This document shows, in pieces, positions 1-9,570 of a stretch of 59,160 bases of DNA. Source of the DNA: Candidatus Thermosaccharophagus tengchongensis (GTDB lineage Bacteria; Armatimonadota; Fervidibacteria; Fervidibacterales; Thermosaccharophagaceae); the NCBI GenBank assembly GCA_032161105.1, contig JAVHTD010000019.1. One strand, given 5' to 3'. Below the pieces are notes generated by a model. The model ran no database searches. It saw only the letters and a list, made by a program, of their open reading frames with translations, and was not told the DNA's origin. Numbering within the stretch: the first letter of the stretch is position 1; each line of letters opens with the position of its first letter. Both the position numbers and the translations under genes were made by a program.

Positions 1-41
1 TGCCCAATGATTTGCGGCGAGCGCTGGGGGTGCAATTATGA
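1..41 (+). CDS. 3' end of an upstream gene (…PNDLRRALGVQL*), identity unknown
   Basis: Frame is open from the window edge to TGA at 39-41, which overlaps the methyltransferase ATG (ATGA overlap typical of translational coupling). Confidence 0.35.
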   Translation, partial: PNDLRRALGVQL

Positions 42-1261
42 TGGCAGTTTGCATGGAGACTTTGCAGCAGATTGATTGGACCTTTCGCGAAGTTAAAGCG
101 AAGGAAGGCATTCACGGCTTGCACCCTTATCCAGCAATGATGGCTCCACCCGTTGCCCAAAAACTCATTGAGTTGTTCAGTCAAGCCAGCCACATTGTGT
201 TTGATCCATTTTGCGGTTCGGGCACGGTTATTGCGGAGGCAATGAGGCTCAACCGCAACGCTATCGGCTTTGACATTAATCCGCTGGCATTGCTCATCGC
301 CGAAGTGAAAGCAAATCCTTTGCCACCGAAAACACTTTGGCAAGCTTATGAGCAAATTGAGCGAACGCTGAAACTCAGCGACTATGTTGAACCACCACGC
401 TTCCCTAACATTGACTATTGGTTCAAGCCGCAAGTGCAACGGCATTTGGCACAGTTGAAAGCAGCCATTGATGCGCTGCAAGATGATTCCGCTCGCAAGT
501 TTTGCTTTGTTGTTTTTAGCCGTGTGGTTCGTGAGGCGAGTAATACTCGTCAAGGCGAGTTCAAACTTTTCCGTTTGCCACCGGAAAAACTGGAGCGCCA
601 TAACCCCGATGTCTTTGCGCTTTTCCGCAAAAGATTTGCTGAATGCGTTGGACTAATGAGTGTGTGGTGGCGCGAGGTTGGTGGAAGAACATCCGAAGTG
701 CGCTTAGGGTTACACGATGCCCGCAAACCTTTCCCAATTGAGCCAGAAACTATTGATTTAGTTTTAACCTCGCCGCCTTATGGCGATGCCCGCACGACCG
801 TCGCCTATGGACAATTTTCCCGATTAGCACTTCAATGGCTTGGGTTATGGAATGAAGATTTAGACCGCATTAGTTTAGGTGGACAGGTGAGACCAATGCA
901 AAATGTTCTGCCATCCCTCTGTGATGCTTTGGAAGCCATTCGCATTGCTGATCCAAAACGCGTTCAAGAAGTTGAGGCGTTTTACTCCGATTTGCACGAT
1001 TGCTTACGAAACATAGTTGTGACACTCAAAGTTGGCGGTTACGCTATCTTTGTGGTCGCAAACCGCAAAGTCAAAGGTGTCAAGTTGCCGACCGATAAAA
1101 TCATCGTGGGGATGTTGCCTGAATGCCACCATATTGCAACTTTGCCGCGCCAAATTCCGAACAAGCGGATGCCCCTGCGGAATAGCCCTTCAAATGTCGC
1201 AGGGCAAACAGACACAACGATGTTGGAAGAGCACATCATCATCTTGCAAAAAACCCGTTAA
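38..1261 (+). CDS. N4-cytosine DNA methyltransferase, M.MvaI-like (probable CCWGG specificity)
   Basis: Motif I DPFCGSGT and catalytic TSPPY; the segments YPAMM, SNTRQGEFKLFR, TSPPYGDARTTVAYGQFSRL and IPNKRMP match my recollection of M.MvaI. Confidence 0.85.
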   Translation: MMAVCMETLQQIDWTFREVKAKEGIHGLHPYPAMMAPPVAQKLIELFSQASHIVFDPFCGSGTVIAEAMRLNRNAIGFDINPLALLIAEVKANPLPPKTLWQAYEQIERTLKLSDYVEPPRFPNIDYWFKPQVQRHLAQLKAAIDALQDDSARKFCFVVFSRVVREASNTRQGEFKLFRLPPEKLERHNPDVFALFRKRFAECVGLMSVWWREVGGRTSEVRLGLHDARKPFPIEPETIDLVLTSPPYGDARTTVAYGQFSRLALQWLGLWNEDLDRISLGGQVRPMQNVLPSLCDALEAIRIADPKRVQEVEAFYSDLHDCLRNIVVTLKVGGYAIFVVANRKVKGVKLPTDKIIVGMLPECHHIATLPRQIPNKRMPLRNSPSNVAGQTDTTMLEEHIIILQKTR

Positions 1262-1352
1262 GGCAATTGTTAAGACTGATTTTCGCCATGCAACTGGTGC
1301 TGCTAAATGAAATGGGGGGACATAATTCGCCCAAACAAAGAAGTGATGAATC

Positions 1353-4300
1353 ATGGTTAAGGCAGTTGTCACAGTGTTCGTTTTCGTTCTTGGGTGGGCG
1401 GTGACTTTTGCCGCTGAGGGTTGGCGGTTGGATGCAAAAAGCGCGCCGCAGTGGAAAGCCATGCCGAATTGGCTCGGCAACCCTTCGCCGAGCGCAACTG
1501 TGGAGGCGACAAATGAAGGCTTGCGCTTTTTCGTTCCCGAAGCGGGCAAGGGTATGAAGTGGCTCGTCAACGCTCGCTGGGTCAACACAAATCGTTTTCG
1601 CTATCTCGTCATCCGATACAAAGCATTTGGTCTAAACACTCAATCGCGCGACTACTTCATCTGGGTCAACGATGGCAGCCGCCGTCCAGATGAGGCTCGC
1701 TATCTGTTGCGATTGTCCGATTTAGTCAGCGACGGTCAATGGCATTTTGCCATTGCTGACTTGCGAGAACTTGACATTCAACCTTACCTTTCTCAGCTTG
1801 CCTTGCAAGTTCAATCAGCTGAGCCAAATTGCGAGGTCATCGTCAGCGAAATCTCGTTCTGCGACCGTTTACCAGAAGGCATTCAATTGCCAACAAAACC
1901 GCTCCCGCCCTATCGCGAACGACCGCTTGAGTTGTCGGTTTTGGCAAAAGCGCATGCTCAACCAACTTGGCTCGCCAATCCAGCTGAGCAAGCAGATGTG
2001 CAAATGACGCATGAAGGTGTGAGGTTCAGAGTAGAGGGTTTCAACAGGGGCATGAAGTGGAGCATCAACTTTGACCCACCGCTTGCACTCACTGAAATGC
2101 CGATGTTGCTCATTGAGTATCGTGCCATTGGCATCGCAAGTTGGCATGACTATTTCGTCTACACTGCACCCCGTCAGCCGAAGTTACCGCAACCAAACTA
2201 CCATGCCGTTTGGCTTGATGAGCTTGTGCCCGATGGCAAGTGGCATCAAATTCTCGTTAAATTGCCCGAACTCACGAAAAGCGAACTTTTTACGCTGGCA
2301 ATTCAGGTGCAATCCGAGAGCGAAGAAGCCGAGGTCACAATCCGAAGCCTCAAATTCGTCAACCGAGCACCCGAACTAAAGGGCTTTCTTGACGATTTTC
2401 TGCCACAGGCTCAAAAGCAAGAGGGCAAATGGCATCCTTTGGACTTGTCTGGGCATTGCAACACCAACTTGAGTCAAGTTGGCTTGGATTTGCTCGTCAA
2501 AGAGTTTCGCTTTCGCTCAAAGAGCGTTTCTGCTGCTGGCATCCCATTCATCGTCAGCACGGGTGAACTCAATGGCTTCGCTGCTGACGATGAAATTGGC
2601 GACATTGCTATCCCGCTGCTGACAGAAAAGGGGCAGCGAGCAACAGAGGTTTATTTGCTTCTCGCTGCAAGTTTCCCACGCTATGAAGAACCATCCTACG
2701 GTGGTGGGCGGTTGTGGCGAATTCGTCACCCACATCGTTTTGTCGCCAAAGTTGTTTACGCTGACGGTAGTAGCGAAACTTACTTTCCGTTGCGGGTGCT
2801 TTCCCGTCGCCCCGAAATCGTGAGCGGGCTTGATGTCTATGTCGTGCCACTGCGCAAAATGACCAAGGAAATTCGCCTGCGCGACCGAATGAGGTTGGGC
2901 GAATTTGCCCTATGTGGGCTCACGCTCAATCTCGGAAAACCGAACTTCGGTGCAAACGGGGCGAGGGACGCGGGACGAGAGATGAGTCTTTGGGATGTGC
3001 CATCTTTGCCACAAGCGAGAGTGGCACCGTTATTGCCACCGAGTAAAGTTGCCATTGATCGGAAACCCGATGCCATCATTCTGCGCAATGCCAATTTGCA
3101 GGTGCGAATTCAAACCGCACCTGTGCTGTTGAACGAACTTACCTTGCTTCCCATTAAGCAAAACATTTTGGTTAAGCCAGTGCCGTTATTCGTTGTGAGT
3201 TCGTGGGACGAGGACAAGCAAGCGACAAGCGCCGACTATAAACTCGCCAGCGCGGAAGTCAGCGCAAACACAGCCATTTTGGTCTTGCTAACGCCCGACG
3301 AGCATTTTCCGAAGGTGCACTTGGTTTTGCAAATGGATGAACATGCGACATTGCAATTGCAAGCGATTTTGCATAATCAAACGCAAAAAGCGAAACGGTG
3401 GAAATTGAACTTCCCCGCACATTGGCAGTTGCGCATTGGCGATGGTGACTTTTACGCTTACCCGTTCCGCACGGTCATCATCAGTGATGCCGAAAACGGG
3501 TTCCGTTACCGCTATGGTGGTTTTCTGCCGTTGCAATTTCTTGACCTGAGCAACCCGAAAATGGGCATCGGATTTGGATTGCTGACAAAGGATTTGACTG
3601 GACTTGACCGATTTGTTGACTTGCGCCGTGAAGGCGGTGTTACCACGATTGGCATTCACTGGCGTTGCGACCCAGTAGAGCCCAAAGGCGAATTCATTTT
3701 GCCAACGGTTGAGTCATTCATTCACTCTGGCGATTGGCGAGAGGCTTTCAAGCGTTACAAGGCTTGGGTTCAAACTTGGCATCACCCAATTGCGCCACGA
3801 AAGGATTGGTTTCGCAAAATTTTCGCCTTTAGGCAGGATTACATCAGCGCTGGCTTGTTTGACTTTGTAACAAAGGCTTATCGGTTTGCCGAGCGAATTC
3901 AATTTGCCCGACAAGCCTTCGGCGCTTGCGATTACCTTCACATTTTTGATTGGGGAGCGACACTCAATCGCGGGCGGGTAGGGGATTACGACCCTTGGAA
4001 TGACCGATTGACAAGCGCCGACGAATTTAGAGCAGCAGTGACGGCGTTGCAGCAAAGCGGTTTGCCCGTCGGGCTTTACATTGAGGGTTACTTGGTAGAC
4101 GAACGGTCGCGCATTGGTAAGGCTCATCGTGAAGATTGGGGTTTACGCAACCCTGACAGGAGTGTGCAACTTTGGGAGCCCAGTTCGCCCGAATTTGTCA
4201 TGTGCCCCGGAACAAAAGGTTGGCAGGGCTATTTGACGCAAGTTTACCGCAGAGTGCAGCAAGAGACGGGTGCTTTGGGCTTTTACATTGACGAGTTCGG

Positions 4301-5018
4301 TTTCTGCAGTCGTAACTGTTTTGCACAAAATCATGACCATCCGCCCGACTGGAATGTCCTTCGTGGCGAAGGAATGCTGACAAGGCAAGTGCGAGAAGCG
4401 TTACCACAAGAATGCGCCGTTTACACCGAGAACTTCCCGCCAGACATTCACACCATCTTGCAAGATGGCAGTTTTGACTACGCCATTTACGAGTTCCAAA
4501 CTCGTGCCCATCGCTGGATGCCCGTGCCAGTTCGGCTTGGTCGGTTTGCCTTCCCCGACTTCAAAGTGCTGCAAATCATCGTTTGCGATTTGCCAGTTGG
4601 GACAAACGAGGAAGCGGTTAAGCAGGTGTTTTTCAACGGTGATGGCTATTGGCTGCAAGGTGAACCTGAAAGTTGGTGGCAGCGGGAAGCCTTGGAGGTT
4701 TTGAGGCGGTGTATAGCCATCCTAAAGGAACATGCCGATGCTTTCACTGGTAACGAGTGCGAACCCTTTGTTCCGACTTTGGTCAATGGTGTTTTCGCCA
4801 ACCGCTTTTCATCGGCGAACAAAACCGTCTGGACACTTTACAACGCAAACTGGCGAAGCGTCAGCGGTGAGATTTTAGCAGTGTCACATGTTGACGGCAC
4901 ACGCTATCTTGATGCATGGGACGGCAAGGAACTTAAGCCACGCATTGTTGGCAAATTCGCTTATATTTCGCTGACCATTGAGCCACATGGGGTTGGATGT
5001 CTGGTGCAGGAGAAGTAA
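1353..5018 (+). CDS. Large secreted protein with a tandem N-terminal CBM-like domain and a C-terminal putative glycoside hydrolase TIM barrel (DUF6259-like)
   Basis: Signal peptide (VTFA-AE); duplicated ~140 aa domain; C-terminal GDYDP, GLYIEG and GFYIDEFG motifs typical of GH-like barrels. Confidence 0.65.
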   Translation: MVKAVVTVFVFVLGWAVTFAAEGWRLDAKSAPQWKAMPNWLGNPSPSATVEATNEGLRFFVPEAGKGMKWLVNARWVNTNRFRYLVIRYKAFGLNTQSRDYFIWVNDGSRRPDEARYLLRLSDLVSDGQWHFAIADLRELDIQPYLSQLALQVQSAEPNCEVIVSEISFCDRLPEGIQLPTKPLPPYRERPLELSVLAKAHAQPTWLANPAEQADVQMTHEGVRFRVEGFNRGMKWSINFDPPLALTEMPMLLIEYRAIGIASWHDYFVYTAPRQPKLPQPNYHAVWLDELVPDGKWHQILVKLPELTKSELFTLAIQVQSESEEAEVTIRSLKFVNRAPELKGFLDDFLPQAQKQEGKWHPLDLSGHCNTNLSQVGLDLLVKEFRFRSKSVSAAGIPFIVSTGELNGFAADDEIGDIAIPLLTEKGQRATEVYLLLAASFPRYEEPSYGGGRLWRIRHPHRFVAKVVYADGSSETYFPLRVLSRRPEIVSGLDVYVVPLRKMTKEIRLRDRMRLGEFALCGLTLNLGKPNFGANGARDAGREMSLWDVPSLPQARVAPLLPPSKVAIDRKPDAIILRNANLQVRIQTAPVLLNELTLLPIKQNILVKPVPLFVVSSWDEDKQATSADYKLASAEVSANTAILVLLTPDEHFPKVHLVLQMDEHATLQLQAILHNQTQKAKRWKLNFPAHWQLRIGDGDFYAYPFRTVIISDAENGFRYRYGGFLPLQFLDLSNPKMGIGFGLLTKDLTGLDRFVDLRREGGVTTIGIHWRCDPVEPKGEFILPTVESFIHSGDWREAFKRYKAWVQTWHHPIAPRKDWFRKIFAFRQDYISAGLFDFVTKAYRFAERIQFARQAFGACDYLHIFDWGATLNRGRVGDYDPWNDRLTSADEFRAAVTALQQSGLPVGLYIEGYLVDERSRIGKAHREDWGLRNPDRSVQLWEPSSPEFVMCPGTKGWQGYLTQVYRRVQQETGALGFYIDEFGFCSRNCFAQNHDHPPDWNVLRGEGMLTRQVREALPQECAVYTENFPPDIHTILQDGSFDYAIYEFQTRAHRWMPVPVRLGRFAFPDFKVLQIIVCDLPVGTNEEAVKQVFFNGDGYWLQGEPESWWQREALEVLRRCIAILKEHADAFTGNECEPFVPTLVNGVFANRFSSANKTVWTLYNANWRSVSGEILAVSHVDGTRYLDAWDGKELKPRIVGKFAYISLTIEPHGVGCLVQEK
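2958..2978 (+). repeat. Three G-rich heptamers (GGGGCGA GGGACGC GGGACGA) in frame within a CDS
   Basis: Read directly; same unit family as the repeats in glgB. Confidence 0.7.
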
Positions 5019-5129
5019 AATGGCTGTTTTCCGCCCTGTAGAAACTTTAGCGAAGTGGCTTTCTGACTTGTCCCTTGTTTCATTTCTTACGGCACCTTGC
5101 TTTGCGCCTTGCTACGAATAAAAAGCCAA

Positions 5130-5160
5130 AGCTCTCTGGAGAGTAAGAGTTCAGAGGGCT
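5130..5160 (-). terminator. Possible intrinsic terminator between convergent genes
   Basis: Imperfect stem AGCTCTCTG…CAGAGGGCT followed on the minus strand by TTGGCTTTTT. Confidence 0.35.
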
Positions 5161-5172
5161 CTTCTGGCGAAA

Positions 5173-6798
5173 TCACCATTGCAGTTTGTAGATGGCGTCG
5201 TCACCGATGCGAAATACGGCTTCGCCATATTTGCCAATGTGAAAGTGTTCGGGCAAATAAGGGCAATATTCTGGCAAATGTTTTGTTTTAGTTGCATGGC
5301 GCTCATAAATAGTTGCCAATGCATAACGAATGCGATGTTTTCGGAAAAGCTCTCTCGCTTCATTGATCGGCAATTCACCACGCCAAATTTTCCGTGCAAT
5401 CTTGAACTTCTCGTCCAAATTGATTGTCAGAGACCAATGCCCAATGAAGACCTTTCTCCCAGTCAGAGCAGGGATGTAATTGCCCAATTCATAGCTGCAT
5501 AAAATGACCTCGTCAGGCATCGTGTTACTTTCCAACCACTTAAGCAGTTGTAAGTGCTGTTCGCTCAAGAAAAGCGGCAAGCCTTTGTGTAAATGTAAAT
5601 CGGGTCTGCTGTTTGTGATAAGTTCCTCAGCTTGAAAAGCCCAAAAGTTTAACGGTGCTATTCCGCCAAGCAGCATTAGCACAAGCAGTTGGATGCGGTG
5701 GAGAAAAGCCACACGCTTCAGGATGATTTTATGCCAACTCAGCGAAGCCAAAATGCACATTGGCAGGTGAGCACCTTCAATTAGCCTGCGTTCAAGTGCT
5801 GTCGGCGTGAGATAAACGGCAAGAAAAGAGCCAACAAACCAAAAGATAAGCAAAGATTCGGCAGCTTGCATTCGGAGTTTGCGCAAAAGCTGGATTGAGG
5901 CGAGGACGGCAAGAAAGAAAATTAGCCCGTAATTTAGGATGAAATACCAAATTGGCGGTGCTAAAGATGGTGGGTTGCGGAACACAACCTGATAAACTGG
6001 GTCACCTAAGATGGCAAAGGCTTGCAATGCTGCCGAAAATATGGCTGACGAAACTGGAATTAGGCTGAGTAAAATCTCGCTCCGCATCCGCTTATTGATT
6101 GCCCAGTTGAGGAAAAGCCATAAAGGCAAGGCATAGCAAATCGGTGCCAATGCGTATGGATGAATGTTGCCGAGCAAAATACCAGAGAGGCTGCCAATCA
6201 AAATCATTTCCCCGTTATTTTCCTCCATACTCATCCGTATGATGCTTCCGATTAATACTGCCAATAATGCTTTGCCCCAAACGAACCATGAGAATGTAGT
6301 AAGCGCTATGTAGGTATTAGCCTCGGGCATGCCAAGGCTAATAAAACCGCCAAGAAAGCAAAGCATCAGCAAGTAAGTGCGTTGCTGACTTTCCGTCAGG
6401 ATTGGCACTGAAAGCCACCATGCAGCAATTATGAAGAAGATTACGCCAATTGTGTGGAGGAGCTTCATACTTATGTGAAGCGATATGCTAACCCATCTTG
6501 ACAGCTTCCCAATAAGCCAGTCGTGAAGATTAAAGGTTAATGGTGCATGTTCTTCGGTTGTGAAAAGGTCAGCGAACCTGTTCTTACCGTCGTAGGCTTG
6601 TCTTGCCCAGCTGAGATGAAAGTTACAATCTGCAGGATAAAGGGGAAGAATCCAAAAGTAGCGGTATCCCTTGGGCGTCACCAACCAACCCAAAAGGTGC
6701 AAACTCCATGACCAAATTAGAGCAGCTATGACAAAGAACCACAACCAGTGAGGCATTCGCATCGCTATGTGAGCCCCCTTTCCAAGCAAGCGGTGCAC
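5173..6798 (-). CDS. Polytopic membrane protein, possibly a GT-C-fold glycosyltransferase
   Basis: Many TM segments, an Asp-containing first loop (PADCNFH) and a C-terminal soluble domain with LxWL…GNYIPALTGRKVFIGH. Confidence 0.55.
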   Translation of the reverse strand: MHRLLGKGAHIAMRMPHWLWFFVIAALIWSWSLHLLGWLVTPKGYRYFWILPLYPADCNFHLSWARQAYDGKNRFADLFTTEEHAPLTFNLHDWLIGKLSRWVSISLHISMKLLHTIGVIFFIIAAWWLSVPILTESQQRTYLLMLCFLGGFISLGMPEANTYIALTTFSWFVWGKALLAVLIGSIIRMSMEENNGEMILIGSLSGILLGNIHPYALAPICYALPLWLFLNWAINKRMRSEILLSLIPVSSAIFSAALQAFAILGDPVYQVVFRNPPSLAPPIWYFILNYGLIFFLAVLASIQLLRKLRMQAAESLLIFWFVGSFLAVYLTPTALERRLIEGAHLPMCILASLSWHKIILKRVAFLHRIQLLVLMLLGGIAPLNFWAFQAEELITNSRPDLHLHKGLPLFLSEQHLQLLKWLESNTMPDEVILCSYELGNYIPALTGRKVFIGHWSLTINLDEKFKIARKIWRGELPINEARELFRKHRIRYALATIYERHATKTKHLPEYCPYLPEHFHIGKYGEAVFRIGDDAIYKLQW

Positions 6799-6861
6799 AG
6801 TTTAGCTCAGCATTTTGTGCTGTGATACAATTATAAGCGAATTGCAGCATTTGGATAGGGG

Positions 6862-9507
6862 GTGAGTTACATGAAATCATGGGCAGTTACAATGGCACTA
6901 ATGTTTTGTGCATCACTGTCTTTTGGGCAGCCTTTTAACCTGCTCGGTGAGCTGAAGGATTGGGTGGCAAGTATTGACCGAGGCGGGACGAAGATGCATT
7001 TGTCAAGCCGTGACGGGATTTTGGTCGTTGATGTTGATGCCGATGGCGACACGGAAGATTACCCCAAGATACGGCGCACATTTCCGACACCACAGGATTG
7101 GCAGCGTTATGCTCGTCTTCGTGCCAAGCTGCGGGTAACTTGTGATGACCCAGAAGTCCACTACAAGGTGCTTGCCTTTGTCTTCTACGATGAGCAAACA
7201 CGCTTGCCAGACTACCCTGGCAATCCAATGAAGCAGCAAGTTATCCGCCGTGTCGTGCCTGTTGGGAGATGGGTTGAAATTACTGAGTGGTTGACCGAGA
7301 TTCGCCGTTCCACCATCCGCCAATTTGACCTTTACCTTTACGAGGCACCGCCGTCAACACCACACGGGTTCCGATGGGAGGTGGCTCAGTTAGAGTTGGA
7401 ACAAGTCAGCGGTGAAAGGGTTGTCTTTGATGGGCTTATTTTTGCCCGCCAGCAATTCAAAGGTATGGTGAGCAAGCCAGTTGCCAAACTGGCGACTAAA
7501 GACGGATTGCAGTTGCTCTTGGGCAAAAGCGGTGAGGTTGCTCAATTGAGCGTTGATGGAAAAGTTTTGGGTAGCGCCTCACCTGCGGTGCCGACGGGGC
7601 TTTTGGTGCGCGATGTCACTCGCCCAGATGAGCCACCCAAAATGGTTGGCGGGACAGTAGCGCAAAGAGGCGCAGAAGCGCACCAGAGTGCGAGGTTGAC
7701 TGATTTGGGTCTTGAAGTTTTTGCGACCCACAAGAGCGTCGGAAATTGGCTTGAAATCAGCGGACGAGTTTCCGATTTGCGCAAGGAAGACCGTGCCATA
7801 ACCGTTTACTTCGCCCTCCCAGTCATTAAGGGGCAATGGCAGTGGTGGGATAGCATGTCCTCTTCCCGCACGGAAGCCGATGAGGCTGGCGAATTGCACT
7901 ATCTTGAGCGGGGCATGGGTTATGGGCTTAACGGTGCTCATTCCAAGTATCCGCTGGGAGCGCTGACATTGCCTGATCAAGGCGGTTTGGTCTTGGCAAT
8001 CCGAATGGACGAACCCGCTGTCCACCGCATCGTTTACAACCCGATGCTTGGTCTGTTCTACATCGCCGTTGACTTGGGGCTTGTTCCCGAGAAGCGCATT
8101 GATGGAAGCCCGCTCTGGGAAGCGCCGTTTCGGTTCTTGCTTTACCGATGTGACCATAATTGGGGCTTTCGTTCCGCATTGCATCGTTACTACGGGTTCT
8201 TCCCACAGTTCTTTGCTAAGCGGGTAAAGCGCGAAGGTGGTTGGTATGTTTGGGGCAATATGGCGGAGACGGAGGGCGCTTTAGAGGCTGGTTTTGCGTT
8301 CCATTGGGGACCGAGAGATGAAAAGGCAATCAAATGGGACAACGAGCATGGAACGCTCGCACTGTTTTATATTGAGCCGCAAACATATCAGCAGAGCCAT
8401 CAGGATTTTGACCAATCGCCGAGTTTCAAGGATGTCGTAATGCGGTTGCACAAGTTGGCAGAGGGCGATCCCGAAGAATTGGAACGGGTGGCGAAAACTT
8501 CCTACCGCGTTTATCCATTGGCTCACACTGATGAGGATTTGAAGCAGCGCATCAGAGAAACAGCGCAAGTCGTCTTGAGGTCACTCAATCATGATGCTTC
8601 CGATCGCCCATATGTCGGCATTGGGCGCTACGATTGGATGCAAAACCGTTGGGGTGCCATCATGTCGTGTAATCTTGTTCCCGCTTTGCCTGAGGGCAAA
8701 GGTTGGTTCAACATTCACAGGGTCATCTTGCCTGCTGTTGAAGCGATGGAGAAAGCGGGTGCCAGCTACGATGGAATTGCCCTTGATTCGTTTGGCGGTT
8801 ACGGCAATGCCAGTTATGTCAACTACCGCAGGGAGCACTTTCGCTATTCGCGCTTGCCACTCAGTTTCTCGGCGCTTGACCATATGCCAGTTCAGGTTGC
8901 CTTCTTCACGACCGTTGAGTGGCTGAAGGAGTTGGCAGAGGTGGCGCGAAAGCGAGGTTGGGTTTTGATGGCAAACTGCTCGTGGGGGACAACACCAGGC
9001 TGGCTCACCTTTGCAGCGCCTTATCTTGACATCTTTGGTGCCGAACATCCGCAGTTTGCCGACCCAGATTTCATCCGAGCCATCGCCTATCAAAAACCGT
9101 GCACCGATTTGCCATACACGCCGCGCCCAGAATGGGAAGTTGCATGGCACTTGCTTCACGGTATCTTTCCGGGGCATGGAAACGACTTGCAAATCTTGCG
9201 CAAGTATGCGCCGCTGCTTCAAGAGTTGGCGAAAGCTGGTTGGCAGCCGATCACCGGTGCACGTGCAGAACCAAACTTCATCCGCATTGAGCGATTTGGT
9301 GATGGCAAAAAAGTTTACCTTGTGGTGCACAACCCAATGGACAAACTTGCCGATGTTAAAGTGCGAGTGGATGGCGAGGTGCTGAGGGCACAGGAATTGT
9401 CGGCAGTCATTTTACCCGACCGAAAATCACTCAGCTTGCATGCGAATGCCTTTCATCTGCGCCTTGAGGGGCGAGCAACTATCGTCATCTCGCTGAAATT
9501 GGATTAG
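6862..9507 (+). CDS. Secreted hypothetical protein, putative glycoside hydrolase-like
   Basis: Signal peptide (SLSFG-Q); Trp/Tyr-rich; YDGIALDSFG barrel-like motif. Confidence 0.55.
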   Translation: MSYMKSWAVTMALMFCASLSFGQPFNLLGELKDWVASIDRGGTKMHLSSRDGILVVDVDADGDTEDYPKIRRTFPTPQDWQRYARLRAKLRVTCDDPEVHYKVLAFVFYDEQTRLPDYPGNPMKQQVIRRVVPVGRWVEITEWLTEIRRSTIRQFDLYLYEAPPSTPHGFRWEVAQLELEQVSGERVVFDGLIFARQQFKGMVSKPVAKLATKDGLQLLLGKSGEVAQLSVDGKVLGSASPAVPTGLLVRDVTRPDEPPKMVGGTVAQRGAEAHQSARLTDLGLEVFATHKSVGNWLEISGRVSDLRKEDRAITVYFALPVIKGQWQWWDSMSSSRTEADEAGELHYLERGMGYGLNGAHSKYPLGALTLPDQGGLVLAIRMDEPAVHRIVYNPMLGLFYIAVDLGLVPEKRIDGSPLWEAPFRFLLYRCDHNWGFRSALHRYYGFFPQFFAKRVKREGGWYVWGNMAETEGALEAGFAFHWGPRDEKAIKWDNEHGTLALFYIEPQTYQQSHQDFDQSPSFKDVVMRLHKLAEGDPEELERVAKTSYRVYPLAHTDEDLKQRIRETAQVVLRSLNHDASDRPYVGIGRYDWMQNRWGAIMSCNLVPALPEGKGWFNIHRVILPAVEAMEKAGASYDGIALDSFGGYGNASYVNYRREHFRYSRLPLSFSALDHMPVQVAFFTTVEWLKELAEVARKRGWVLMANCSWGTTPGWLTFAAPYLDIFGAEHPQFADPDFIRAIAYQKPCTDLPYTPRPEWEVAWHLLHGIFPGHGNDLQILRKYAPLLQELAKAGWQPITGARAEPNFIRIERFGDGKKVYLVVHNPMDKLADVKVRVDGEVLRAQELSAVILPDRKSLSLHANAFHLRLEGRATIVISLKLD

Positions 9508-9570
9508 CGAGCTGGGTGCACCAAATGCACAGGCTGTGGCAAACTGCTGTAGCGTGTAGCACATGAGGGG

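Noticed and set aside
8581..9330. 249-aa minus-strand ORF, and similar ones at 30495-31226, 49253-50008 and 50277-50984
   Set aside because: Antisense to well-supported genes, with no recognisable motifs
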